Of a stretch of DNA of 64,000 nt, positions 14,745 to 30,070 are shown piece after piece. Below the pieces are notes generated by a model, which saw only the letters and a program-made list of their open reading frames with translations, was not told the DNA's origin and searched no databases. Numbering within the stretch: the stretch's first letter is position 1; every line of letters starts with the position of its first letter. Made by a program: the position numbers and the translations under genes. Source of the stretch: the human T2T-CHM13v2.0 reference genome, Homo sapiens; NCBI RefSeq assembly GCF_009914755.1, contig NC_060935.1; one strand, 5' to 3'.

Positions 14745-16758
14745 TCACTAGACTCAAGACATGGCTGCCTCCCCTTTGGGAAGTCAAACCCCAGTCTCTA
14801 GCAAAATAGGATCTAGCAGTACCACTGTCCAGGGGTATTTCTGATACCTGCTCTGTTCTGGTCTGTAGAACATTTGGCGGGGAGCGTCTATTTGAATCCT
14901 CACAACAGACATGCTAGAGAGATGTCTATCCCGTTATTAACAAGGAAACCAGAATGTGAAGTATTCCTAGAGCTAAAAAGGGAAAGAATTGGAACGTAGG
15001 TCAGGCTGATTCTAAACCCTGTGATCTTCCTCGTACTGACCAAAGGGGATAAACTTTGCAAATTCAACTCATTGCATACCACATCGAACTTCCAAAGTCT
15101 CTGAAATTTGAACTTTCCTGCCAGTTATAGTCTCATTAATTCAACAGCCTTCATTGATTGCCTCCTGCATGCCAGGAACTGTGCTTTGCCCGGTGGCTTC
15201 CAGAGAATGACAAGTGAACAATGATAATGACATAATTTATGTGGCAAAAATGCAACTCCTAAGGAGTGCCTCTCTCAAATTGAGTTACTTTTTCACTATT
15301 GAATAAATTGTAATTTGAAAGGCTAGTAAAAGTGCCCTCTTTTGGTGAGCCATGCCAATCAATACGTGCCATTTTCAATGCTTCATTCTGCTTTTCTCCT
15401 ATTCAGGCAGACTGGAGAAAAAGCAAGCATTTGAAGGCTGAGGTTACTGAGTTAGGTTTCTTAATACAGTGAGGTTTTTTTTTTTTCTTTTTTTTGTTTT
15501 TGAGTGATTTGTTTCTGAAGAATAGACAGCCTAGGGCAGCAGGCTAAGTGGACTGCTTTCCTGGACCCCCAACCCCCCAAACCCCCACCCAACAGTGGGC
15601 TTGCCTGTCCACTGGTCATGGAGGCAGGGTGAGGGGGATAGGGAATAGCCTCTGCCAAAATCTTCTGGGAGATGCAGATACTCTGATGGCCCCAGGGGCC
15701 CATCCCTGACAGCTGTCGTCAATATTGATCAACCACAAAGCAGATTCTAGAACAGCAGATACTTGTTACAGAATGCACACATTCACATACAAAACCTGGG
15801 AACTTTGGCTCTAAAATCTTAGAAGGGGTTATTTCTGCCTTGCAGGATTATGTGTGGGTATTTTTTTCTTGTTGTATCTCTGCAATGCCTCATTTTTCTC
15901 TATAGATCTGTATCATCTATAATCAACAGGTGCCACTGGGCTGCTCCACCCCGCTTTCACTCTCCACACTCCCTCCACCCTTCCTAGCCCCTCGCATTCT
16001 CTTTTCAGAGTGTTTTTTTTTTTAAATTCTCTCTCCCCACTTTACAGAGATGAGGAAAATCCTCTCTCTGCCCTCCCACCCTCCTACTTCCACCCTCTTC
16101 ACAGCCTAAGAATGCAGAGGGTCCAGGAATCTAAAAGCAATTTCTCCTGTCCTCAGCAGTATGCCTGTCAATCAGCTTCCCCCAGCTGTTTCCCTTAGAA
16201 AGGAACTGCCCATGGGCCCAAGCGAGGAAGATGGCAGGAGTAAGGATGGCCACAAATCTGTCCAGCACAATTTCTTTTTCCTGAGCTCCAGGAAGGGCCA
16301 GGCTAAATCCAGTGACCTGGGCCACAGATCCATAGTGTGATCTTTGAGGCACAGAGATGTGTGGGGACTTGCCACTTCCCTCGTTTGTCAAGTGGAAAGA
16401 ATAATGCCTTCTGCCTCACAGGTGTGTAAGGAGGGTCAGAGGAAATTATGACTACAAACGTGTTCCAAAGGTTGAGAGCCCTGCAAAATCGATCACCAAG
16501 CCCCAGAAAGCCTTTCTCCTTAATTTCTTTCCCATCTGTCTTCTCCTCTCCACTCCCCTAAATCTCCCTCTTCGTGGCCTTCACACCCCTCCCCTGCTCT
16601 TGGGGCCTCCCTGTCTTCCCTCTTTCCTTGTCTCAGTTCCGGCTCCATACTCAGGCCCAGTCATCTCTGTAAAACCCACTACTCAGCAAGGCACATCCCT
16701 CTATAAAACCTCCAGTAACAATCCTTTACCAAGACAAAAAGCAGAACTCCCGGCTGGC

Positions 16759-17265
16759 TGGGGACGGGCAGAATTATAAGCATGGCCCCATGACACTCAT
16801 CCATGTATATATAATATGCTTCCTTTTGAGTGTGGGTGGAACATATTAATAGGTTGAGCTGTCACGTCCCTAATTATGTTATACAGCAAAGGGGAGATTA
16901 TCTAGGTGGGCCTAATTTAATCAAACAAGCCCTTTAAAAGTATAGAGTGTTCTTCAGCTGGTGGCAGAAGAGGAATTCAGAAATTAGAAGCATGAGAAAC
17001 ATTCAACAACAGCCAGCCAGGAAACAAGAATCTGCAAACCGCAAGAAGCTGAACTGGGCCAGCAACCGGGATGAGCATGAAAGCCGATTTTCTCCCCCAG
17101 AGCCTCCAGATAAGAGCCCAGTCTGGAAACACCTTGATTTTGGCCTGTGAGACCCTAAAGAGACATCCAAATGCTCCTGCCTGGACTTCTGACTTACAGA
17201 ACTATGACATAATACATGCGTGTCATTTTAAGTTTCTAAATTTCTGGCAATAGAAAATGAATACA
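16759..17265 (+). mobile_element. MLT1D/E-like LTR
   Basis: GGGAGATTATCTAGGTGGGCCTAAT...CAGAGCCTCCAGATAAGAGCCCAG...GCAATAGAAAATGAATACA. Confidence 0.75.
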
Positions 17266-17324
17266 CCTGATATTTCAAAGCCTTAAGAATTCTTATTCAG
17301 CCTACTTCTCCAATCCCACTCTCA

Positions 17325-17535
17325 AACATAAGCTCTGGAGTGATTTTGGGGTTCACATCTGGCCTCTACCACTTGCTGGCAAGTTATGTGGCATCTGTGT
17401 TTTTCCATTACTTCATCTATATATTTAGGATAATTACAGAACCTTCCTCATGACATCGTTCAGAGGATTAAATGAGATAATGCAGGAAAGCCCTCAGTAT
17501 AGTATCTAGCATAAAATAAATGCTGGATAAATTAT
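17325..17535 (+). mobile_element. MIR
   Basis: GAGGATTAAATGAGATAATGCAGGAAAG, MIR 3' part. Confidence 0.7.
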
Positions 17536-17690
17536 TTTTTCTTTGTAGTATTATATTCTCTGCAGATGTTCCCGTTAAGTCAAATGGGTTTATTTATTAA
17601 CTCAGGAAAATGCACTCTTGTGCTTGGCTCACTTCATGGCCACTGCCAGCCACGCCTTCTGCCTGCTACTGTGCCTCTCAAATGCCCATC

Positions 17691-18351
17691 TGTATTAGTC
17701 CATTTTCACATTGCTATAAAGATGCTACCTGAGACTGGGTAATTTATAAAGAAAGAGGTTTAGGCCAGGTGCAATGGCTCGCACTTGTAATCCCAGCACT
17801 TTGGGAGGCCGAGGCAGGCAGATCACCTGAGGTCAGGAGTTTGAGACCAGTCTGGCCATTATGGTGAAACCCCGTCTCTACTGAAAATAAAAAAATTAGC
17901 CAGGTGTGGCGGCACGTTCCTGTAATTCCAGCTACTCAGGAAGCTGAGGCAGGAGAATCACTTGAACCCAGGAGGCAGAGATTGCGGTGATCTGAGATCA
18001 TGCCATTGCATTCCAGCCTGGGTGACAGAGTAAGACTCCGTCTCAAAAAAAAAAAAAAAAAAAAAAGAGAAAGGTTTAATTGACTCACAGCTCCACATGC
18101 ATGAGGAAGCCTAGGAAACTTAAAATCATGGTGGGAAGCGAAGGGGAAGCAAGGCATGTCTTACATGGTGGCAGAAGAAGTAGAGGAGGGGAATTGCCAA
18201 ACACTTTTAAACCATCGGATCACTGTAATGAGAACAGCATGGGGGAAACCACCCCATGATTCAATCACCTCCCACCAGGTCCCTTCCTCAACACGCAGGG
18301 ATTAAAATTCAAGATGAGACATGGGTGGGGACACAGAGCCAAACCATATCA
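17691..18351 (-). mobile_element. THE1D/MSTA-like MaLR LTR interrupted by an Alu
   Basis: TGTATTAGTCCATTTTCAC...GGGGACACAGAGCCAAACCATATCA termini. Confidence 0.9.
17763..18066 (+). mobile_element. AluSx-like
   Basis: Full dimer inside the THE1; AGGTTTA repeated on both sides. Confidence 0.95.
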
Positions 18352-18847
18352 ATATCCTTTCAGGCCTTGCTCAGATTCCTCGCTACTTCATGAAAACTTC
18401 CCTGGCCTCTCCAGCTCATAGTGGTCTAGCCCTTATACTAACTTCTACAGTACCAGAGAATGATGTAAATACTGAGACTGTCTCATACCTAATCATGTAA
18501 AATTATGCTTTTTATTACAAAAGAAATGCCTGTAGAGATAATAGGGAAAATCCATAAAAGTTCAAGGCAGGAAATGAGTTGCTATTTCCACCATTGTTAA
18601 TATTTTGGTGTATTTCCTTCCAGTCTTCTTGGTTTTGTTATTTGTGTAAATGTAAATATGTATGTAAACAGTTGCCTTTCTGAGCATAACTCTTTCTGCC
18701 CAAGGCATTCATCTGTCTGAGAAGAGATTAGGATTTGTTCACAGAAAGAATTCAAAGAGAAAGAACAACATGATATTCAGCTGTAGTCATGCAAAATAGG
18801 ATTATACAGGAAACCAAGGCATTAAGAGTTGTTTTAGCTGAGGTTCC

Positions 18848-19190
18848 TATACTAGTTTCTTATTGCCACTGAAATGAATTACCATAAACATAGTGGCTTA
18901 AAACAACACAAATTTATCCTCTTATGGTTCTGGAGGTCAGAAGTCTAAAATGAGCCTTATGGGTCTCAAGGTATTTTTAAGATTTCCTTCAGGAGACCCC
19001 AGGAGAGACTATTCCTTTCCTCTTCCAACTTCTAGAAGCTGCCCACATTCCTTGGCTCATGGGTGCACCACTCCAATCTCTGCCTCCATCGTCACATCGT
19101 CTTCTAGCTTTGACCTTCTGTTTCCCTCTCACAGGGACTTGTGATTACATTACTTGTAATTACAACCACCTCCCCACCCCCATGTCAAGA
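18848..19190 (-). mobile_element. MLT1C/D-like LTR
   Basis: AGTGGCTTAAAACAACACAAATTTAT...TTCTAGAAGCTGCCCACATTCCTTGGCTCATGG. Confidence 0.8.
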
Positions 19191-19991
19191 TCATCATGGT
19201 TCCTCACTGCTTAGTGTCACAGAACCAAACTAACTCTGCAAACAGGAAAATTAAGCAGCAATCCAGTGGAGGGGAGAGGAGTTCCTTAAGGGCTGCTGCT
19301 GCAAGCAACCATCGTGTTTGGAGGGCTCCCAAGGACAGGAAGCTGCTAGGAAAGCCATTCTCTGAATTATTATAGACATAGCTACCATTTGTTGAGTATC
19401 TGTGTGCCAGGACCTATATACTAGGCTGTCTTTTAAAATAGTTGATAGGAAAAACAACATTGAAATAGCCACAGAATCTGAGATAAAAATTGCCCACACT
19501 CCAGTCACCTAATTAAATCAATATTTTAATTTTTACACACATATACATAGATTTTTCATATTCATTATATCATAGATATAACTTAGAATGTTAATTTCCA
19601 CATTTCCACTCTAATTTTTACCATAAATAATATTTCCATTTGGCAAAAATCACAGTTTATCGCTCTCTTTCCAGTGTTTCTCCCCTGCCACACTAGAACC
19701 AGTATTAACAGCCTGAGAACATCTCTCTACATATTTATCTACATTCACTGAAAACAATAATAACAGTAAACAAAAGGTCTTAATGCTTGTTATAATACAG
19801 ACCTGTTTTCACATATTACCTACTGTAGCTCACTTAATCCTCCAAACAACCTTATGAGAGAAGTACTATTGTTATCTGCCATTTACACATGAAGAAACTG
19901 GGGCCCAACATACACAGAATATTCAAAAATGTAAACAAATCTGTAGAAACAAAAAAGGAAGGTTTTTTGGTCATTTAAGAAATACAGAGAA

Positions 19992-20154
19992 AGCCAGGCA
20001 TGGTGGTACACGCCTATAGTCTCTGCTACTTGGGACACTGAGGCAGGAGGCTCTCTTGAGCCCAGGAGTTCAAGGTTGCAGTGCACTATAATCACACCTG
20101 TGAATAGCCACCACACTCCAGCCTGGGCAACATAGTGAGATCCTGTTTCTAAAA
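19992..20154 (+). mobile_element. FAM (fossil Alu monomer)
   Basis: Monomer keeping the 7SL-derived segment CCTGTGAATAGCCAC that dimeric Alu arms lack. Confidence 0.8.
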
Positions 20155-20903
20155 ATATAGAGAGAGAGAGAAAAAGAGGAACACAGCACATAGTTCACAG
20201 TGGTAGCTTTTGAAGTACAGTATATCTTGCCATCTCTCCAGGGCAACAGATCCAAATCTAGCTCATTTTTAAGGAGCAATAAAGAATGCCCCATTGTATG
20301 AATATACCATCATTTATTGCACCTATTGATAAGCATTTATGTTACTTCCTTTTTTTGCCACTACAAATGATGCTGCAATAAATATCACAGAATATAAATT
20401 CTCAGGTCCTAGAGCTTTTATTTTGATAAGGTAGTGTCTATAGACTTTAGTGCTGACTTCGGAAACTTCCATACGAAATGAGAAACACAGCCATAAGCTG
20501 AGCCAAAGCGTAAGACTTCCTTGAAATATGTGGGCTCCACCTAGATCAGAGAGAGAAGATATACCATTTATATGGCCAAAGGAGTGGTAGCCAAAGAAGA
20601 CACACAGCTAAGGAGTCCTGAGCTGGCACAGAAGGAGGCCAGACAGGGCCCAGCCTCTGTACATAGCCCAGTCAATTCCACGATTCCCTTGGACATCTCT
20701 GGAGCAGACAGACCTACAGCAAACACGCTGCCCCAGTACCATAGCATCCACCTTCTAGTCTCCATGTGCTCATTCCAAAGGAAGAATGGAGAAACAATGT
20801 ATAAAATCACTCTTATTACCTTTCTGCTTCCCCTAGGAACTCTTGTGCACAGGGTGTGTGTGGGGGTGGGGAGGGAGGCATTAGACTGTGCCTCAGAACC
20901 TAA

Positions 20904-21231
<328 letters not shown>

Positions 21232-21669
21232 TGAATCACTGGTTAAGGATAACATTATGGTGGGAAAAAAATGGAAGAAAATATAAGAGATAAATGAGAA
21301 GGAGAGAGGTGACAGGTAGAGATTAGAGAGAAAGAATAGATATTCTTGACCTGCCTAGTGGAAGAGAAAAACATCTAAATAAATATTTATAATAGCTTCG
21401 TATGTATAAAAACAGATGTAGATCATGTAGGGAAGCATCTTCAAGTAACAAAAACAAACAAAAAAACTGACCACCCTCCAGTCTAAGGGTTCATTTTTCT
21501 TGCATAACAAGAAGTCTAGAGGAGGCTACTGCTGGTTCAGCAGCTCAGCAATGTCAGGTCCGGGGTCTCCATGGGGTTGCTGTGTCAGAGGGAAGATGCA
21601 TTAGTAATTTTGCTAGATATACCCAAATTCCCCTGCACATAGCATGGGATTGTGCCATTTTGCATTATC

Positions 21670-23700
21670 TGAAATACAGCTTATAAACTAAGGATCAATA
21701 TTCCCAATGGATAAAGAGCTTCTAAAAATTGAGAATAAAATCAGCAACAACCCTACAGAAAAATGAACAGAATTTATAAACTGTTTGCAGGAGGGAAATG
21801 CAAATGATCATTAAATATATGGGAAGAAACTCAGCTTCCTCAGGATAGGAAAAAGGCAAGTTAATAGTACACAGAAATATCACTTCTCCCCTATCAGACT
21901 GGCAAAAATCCAAAGTCTGACTACCTACTCTTGATAAGGCTGTTGGAAAAGAGATTCTCTCATAAGTTGCTGGCAGAAATACAAAAGAAAAACCATTATG
22001 GAGGGAAATTGGGACAGTCTAGCAAAATTACAAACTCATCTAACCTTTGACACAGCAATACCACTTCTAGGAATCTATCTCAAAAATAAACTGGAAAGAA
22101 TATGAAATGACATATATACAAGGATATCCACTGCCAATAATTATAATAGTAAAAGAACAGAAACAGTCCAAATGTCTATCAGTAGGGGACTGGTTGGATC
22201 CATTATGGAGCATCCATACAATGGAGTATTATACAGCTATAAAAATGAATAGGACGGATTTCTATATAAACTTATATTTCCAGATATATTGTTAACTAAG
22301 AAAGGCAAGGGACAGGAAAGTGTTTCTGGTATGCTCTCTTTTGTTGAAGAAAGGGGGGTAATTAATAAACATATATATTTGTTTATATTACCAAAAGATA
22401 ATAATAGAAGGATAAACCAAAAACAGTTAAGATGGAGACCTATAAGGAAAGGAAAGGAACAGGGTAGAGAGACAGAGATGGACCCTAGACTTAATTGTAA
22501 TGTAGTTTGTTGTATATTTTAACTTTGGAACAGTATCAATGTTTCAAATAAAAACACAAACATAAATAAAGATGAAAAGGAGGGAGGGTGTCATAGCTCA
22601 CGTCTGTAATCCCAGCACTTTGGGAGGTCGAGGTGGGAGGATCACTTGCGGCCAGGAGTTTGAGACCAGCCTGGGCAACATAGGGAGACCCCCATCTCCA
22701 CAAAAATAAAAAAAAAAAAAAAAGCTACGCATGGTAACACATGCCTGTAGTCCCAACTACTCATGAGGCTGAGGTGGGAGGATCACTTGAGCCCAGGAGG
22801 TCAAGCCTGCAGTAAGCCATGATTACACCATTGCACTCAGCGTGGGCAACAAAGCGAGACCCTGTCTCAAAAAATAAATACATAAATAAAAGATAAAAAA
22901 GAAATTAATAAACTTGGAAAAATGGAAACAAGTGATAATGATTATGTATTAGGTTGGTGATTTAGCCACATAAAGAAGAATTACTACAAATGACTCTAAA
23001 AACAATAGTATTTTGACAGTATATCCTTAATGCGATATATATCCTAAGGACTAAAAAGAACCATGAAGAAATATTAAACTGCATTCAATGCTCTATAAAT
23101 CAAGATAGACTAGATCATGTTATTTTATAGTAACAAATAAAGCCAAATCAATGTGCCTTCAACAACAAAGGTTCTTTTCTCCCGTGCTACACCCATGTTT
23201 ATTGTATGTTGGCTACAGCCCTGGTCCATGTTGTCTTCCCTCCGTGACTCAGGCTGGGAGAAGAGCACCTGTCTGGAATATTGTGATAGTCATTGAGACA
23301 GACAAAAAAGTACTCAGGCTCTTAGACTTTCTTCCTGTAAATGACCAATGTTACTCTTATTCCACTCTCATTTTATTGGCCAAAGAAAGACACACAGCCT
23401 GAGTCCAACAGGACAGAGATGTATAATCCCCTACAGAGATTGGCACCAAACATGAGTGAGCAATGATACAGTCTCATACAGAGAGGAAACTATTGGTATT
23501 GTCATTATGAAACTATCCTATACATATTGCAGGATCAGCAAATACGTGCTTTTATTAACGTAATTATGAACTAAGATTTTTTAGCACATATGACAAGAGA
23601 CAAAAACTCAAACGAATTAAGACTCTGTAATCTAAGGTTTTAACTGGAAATATCGATATGAACTCATAATTTATCTTTCCCCAGAGAGAACTATTTGCCT
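21670..23700 (+). mobile_element. Old L1 (L1MC/L1ME-like) ORF2 end and 3' UTR, fragmented
   Basis: Translation QSKCLSVGDWLDPLWSIHTMEYYTAIK resembles the ORF2 C-terminus; interrupted by an AluJ and an MLT1 piece. Confidence 0.75.
22582..22890 (+). mobile_element. AluJ
   Basis: GGGAGGATCACTTG in both arms and CTGGGCAACATAGGGAGACC (J diagnostics). Confidence 0.9.
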
Positions 23701-24270
23701 TTTGCCAGGGTAACTTTGAAAAGGGGAAAGTCCATGAATCCACCCCTTGTTTATTTCTTTGGTTCTCAATTATAACTCTGGCTAGAATGTATAATTGGGA
23801 TGAATACAATTAACAGATAACAGATCCCTCACATTGGCTCCCTGGCTTACAAGTTAAAAGTCATTTTGATAGGAGGGGCCATATGGAAACTACCCTTTAT
23901 CCTGGCCAAGATAGTAACTCAGAAGCAATGCTTCATTTTAAGAGGAATTGCAGAGATTACTGCTACTTTTGAGGACTTAAAGGATGCAAGGATAGTGGTT
24001 TCCATCACACTTCTATACAATTCACTTTTTTAGCCTTTGCAAAAACCAGACACATCATGGAGGATGGTGGTAGATTACTGTCAACTTCACCAGGAGGTAG
24101 CCCCAGTTACAGCACAGCTCCTTTGCCACTGGTGGTACCTCTGACACTTGATATATGGCTGTTGATATGGTGAATTATTGCTTTTCCTTATTCCCTAATA
24201 ACAGGGAGGTCAAAAAGCAGCTCTCCTTTATATAGCAAGGAAAGCAATAGACCTTCTCTATTGTCCTCCT

Positions 24271-25086
<816 letters not shown>

Positions 25087-25346
25087 ATATCCCTCTGAGC
25101 CACTCAATAGGACTTGGTTATATTCATGATCTAGCATTAATACAAAGTTGACCCTAGCCAGAAATGGACTGTGCCATATTACAGCCCCACACAGAAGCGG
25201 CCCTAGAAATAGTGGTGGAGGGAAATCCACCCTGTGGGCAGAGCTGCCAGCAGTACACTGCTTACTGTGTGGAAGTGTGGACTCCTTGGAGTAGGGAATG
25301 GCTCTGCTTGTTGGTCAGGGGTCTGGAAGGAAAAAGACGATAGTCT

Positions 25347-25809
25347 ATGTACCACCTCCAGTGTCCCAACCCTGCAAGGTGTCCCTGAGCTGGCCTTTTA
25401 GCTGAGACTTCCCGAAGTCATTCTGCCATTTTTTTCTCTCGCAAGTTGCCTCTGGGTGATGAGGTACATGGAAGACGACTTTAACGACTTTATCTTGTGG
25501 CTTTGAGCCCAATGTGTCATACCTGTTTTTTCCTACAGCGCTTCTGCCAGCGCAACCGTCTGAGGGTGGACAGAATGCCCCAACTGTTGACATGATAACC
25601 CACGTTACATTGTCACAGACCAAAAAGCACATTTTACTACCAGCCAGGAGTGACACAATGGGATCAAAACCACAGGATATAATAGTCTGCTGTGTACCTC
25701 ATCACCGAGACAGCCGGCTTTATAGAAAAAGGTGTGATGGGCTGATACAGTCTCAGCCGAAGGGCCAGCTTGGGACAAATGCAGGATCACCACACTGGAT
25801 GTGACACCC
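25347..25809. repeat. Diverged long inverted repeat of the integrase core (arms 25347-25525 and 25645-25809)
   Basis: Aligned blocks 29/35, 22/27 and 19/22 identical; ORF track gives DTLGSKPQD..VPHH..SQLKGQL (-) and DTMGSKPQD..VPHH..SQPKGQL (+). Confidence 0.9.
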
Positions 25810-26287
25810 ACGCTGAACCGGAACCAATATATGCTGCTGATATGCATGGTTTCAGAAACCAAGTGCTGAAAGTACAATTGTCCTCCTAACACTCCCAGTG
25901 AAGACATGCAGAATTTTAGCTTCTTATTCCCACCACCCTAGATTCTGTTGGATTAGAGGTCTTCATACTTAGGTGGGAACACTTTTACCTGGGTACCTAG
26001 TAAGGATTCCACTAAATTGGAAGTTGCAGAACAAAATGAGCAGTGTAGGAGTGAGATGATAAACACAGATTTTGGCTGTTTGACCAGCAGCAGCAGTGGG
26101 GACTGTGGCTTTGTTTGCTAAACATTTTTAGATCTCTTGAGGAGATTGCAACTGGCCATCATTTGGAAGAACTAGACTTGTACCTCCCCTCTAAAGAAAG
26201 AAGCATGGGTGATTTTTCCCACATGAGATCTGAATACTGCAAAAGGATCTGAGCATGTCTAAAAGCCTAAGAGGCAGTAGGGGTGGA

Positions 26288-26859
26288 TGTACCCATTCAT
26301 GTACTCCTCCTCCAGGTCCACTTGGTCACCCTGTACCAATGGGCCTTGGCCATGTGCCTTGCTTCCTGGTCAGTGCAGCCCTGTCACTCACACTGTTGTC
26401 TTGGTTATAAAGCTGTGCCCAGAGCCACTGCCACCAGCACACACTGAGGAGTACGCACATACAACAGTGAGTGCCAAGAGAGCCACCTTGACAATACGCT
26501 GGCTGCACAGGCCATGTGGAGATCCTGGCTTCCCCTGTAGCCATGATAGCAGCAAAGAAATACAACTCAGGGATGCAGAGGAGATAACAGCATGTGGGAT
26601 GCCACATGGCAGACTGTGCTGAGATGCAGTCTTTCCATGCCTCCTGTGTCAAGAGGCTGTGAGCATCTGAGCAATTGGGTGCTTATTGGGAAGCTGTGAC
26701 CACCTGGGAACATCTCCCTTTGTACTTCATCCTTTCCTCTGCCTCACTTCCCATTTCTTTTAAACCTCCCTGCTTCCCTGGGATTTCACTCTTGCCAGTA
26801 AACTGTTAGCACTTACACTTTTGCCTCAGCCTGTTTTCTAGTGAGCCGGGACCAAGACA
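26288..26859 (+). mobile_element. ERVL 3' LTR (LTR33-like)
   Basis: Follows PPT-like AGTAGGGGTGGA; TG start; ends AGTAAACTGTTAGCACTTA...TTGCCTCAGCCTGTTTTCTAG...CCAAGACA. Confidence 0.7.
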
Positions 26860-26869
26860 CAGGTCTGAT

Positions 26870-27958
26870 GACTGCTCTGGAGAAAGAACTGCACAAAATG
26901 AGCTTGGGCCATCTTATTGTGCCTGATATCAAGGAAATGATGAAATATTAATGGTGTCAAGTCAAAAGGACACAAGAGCCAACCTGAAGGGGCTCCCACT
27001 GGCCAAAGATGGCACAATTTGGCATCAAAAGACATACTGACTGCAATGGATTTAAACACCTTAAATATATGTTTAAATTATGAGTTCTTAATAATACTAA
27101 GAAAAAATCATTGGCAGCTAGTTCACTGACTTAGTATTCTGAAAGATGATAAAGAAAAAGACAGGTATATGTATTATGTCTTTTCTGTAATAATTATTTC
27201 AGGGTTACAAATAGTTGGTAAGGGAAAATTCTTCTCTGTAGAAAAATTCTACCTAATAAATGCAGAAGGAATGATAGATTTGGAAAATCAGCATTTTGCA
27301 AACCTGAATGAGATAATGGACCAGGCAATGATCAATAAAAACTAACACCATTAGATAAAAGCTTAATGGAGAACTTGATAATGGCAAGAGGAAGCTAACA
27401 TCTCTGAACCCACAGATCATTCTCAACATTACAGAAAGTGGGAGAAGCAGATAGTCTGTTTCTGCAAAGTGATGCAAGAGAAGACACCACCCGTGAATCT
27501 AATCAAGCCAAAATCTAACCATCAGTTTGCAGGAAATTCGGGAGACAGAGGATCAAGTTCAGCAACAACTCAGTGATGCCAACAGCCAAATCCAGAATGT
27601 GAGAAGTTCTTTAAGGGGACAAATGACTCCGTTTTGTCAACACATGAATGTGATGCATGAACTTTGTTTAGCTCCTGATTATAACAGACCAACTGTTAAA
27701 AGATATTTTTGAAGCAATGGGGACATTTGAGAATAGACTACTATGAGACGTTTTTAGGGAATTTCTGTTAATTTTATTGGGTATTGGCATTATTGTCATT
27801 CTTTAACAGTTCTTATTTATTGTAGATGCATACTAAGCTAATTTTGGGTGAAACAATATGGTTTCTAGGATTTGCCTTAAAATACTCCAGAAAAAAAATC
27901 AGAGAGAGATGAAACAAGAATGGAAAAATATTGGTAATTGTTGGAGTTGGGTGATGGG
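26870..27958 (+). mobile_element. Old L1 (L1MC-like) 3' UTR
   Basis: TCAAAAGGACACAAGAGCCAACCTGAAGGGGCTCCCACTGGCCAAAG and GGATTTGCCTTAAAATACTCCAG. Confidence 0.7.
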
Positions 27959-28236
27959 TACCCTTCTCCCTACTTTCTTGTGTATGCCCTGGTTCTTCTA
28001 CTTTTGCTCCTAGGTCCATTCTCTGCCCTTCTGTGTCTTGCTCTGAGGTCTGGGAAGCCACCTTTATTGATAGAAACACCCAGACAACTTTGTTGGCTGG
28101 TTTCTGGTGAGTTGAGCTAATAGTGGTCACCAGAAGTAGATCAGGAGTGGGAGAAGGAACAGTCAGGGGATTTATCCTCCATGTACCCTCTCTGCCTTCC
28201 TGTGGTCTGACAGTAGCTTTGCTCCACTATAGCAGT

Positions 28237-28932
<696 letters not shown>

Positions 28933-28934
28933 AG

Positions 28935-29145
28935 CAGTGATCAGCAGACTTTTTCTGGCAAAGCATAAGACAGCAAATATTTTAGGCTTTGTGGGCAATA
29001 CAGTCTGTCACCAGGGCTCAGATCTGCCGTTGTAGCACAAAGCAGCTATAGAGAATATGTAAATGAATGGACATAGCTGTCTTCCAGTAAAACTTTATCT
29101 GTAAAACAGGTGGCAGACTCCCGGGCCATAGTTCGCCGGCCCCTG
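28935..29145 (+). mobile_element. MER58A hAT-Charlie
   Basis: AAATATTTTAGGCTTTGTGGGC...TAAAACTTTAT...GGGCCATAGTTCGCCGGCCCCTG. Confidence 0.85.
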
Positions 29146-29420
29146 CTTCCGGTGGTTAGTGCCTTTTCCATGTGTTCATTTCTCCCTGGTCTCTGCCCCT
29201 GCAGCAGAGGTGGTAATAGCTTCCCACTATTGCTAATCCTTGGGTGTGACACTTTCCCTTTTTGGTTCCATTAACCCTGATGACGCCTTCTTTGGCCCCT
29301 TCATTCAGTTCTCCTTGGGTAAACGCTTTTTGAGTGTATCCTCTCTTTCTAGTTTGGACACTGTCTGATATTTTATATTCGAAATTCTAAGCTTGAAATT
29401 GCCCATAAAAGAATCATAAT

Positions 29421-30070
<650 letters not shown>

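Noticed and set aside
25345-25804. Opposing 103-aa and 96-aa ORFs as a gene pair
   Set aside because: Both are frameshifted integrase fragments made symmetric by the inverted duplication; there is no intact DDE frame.
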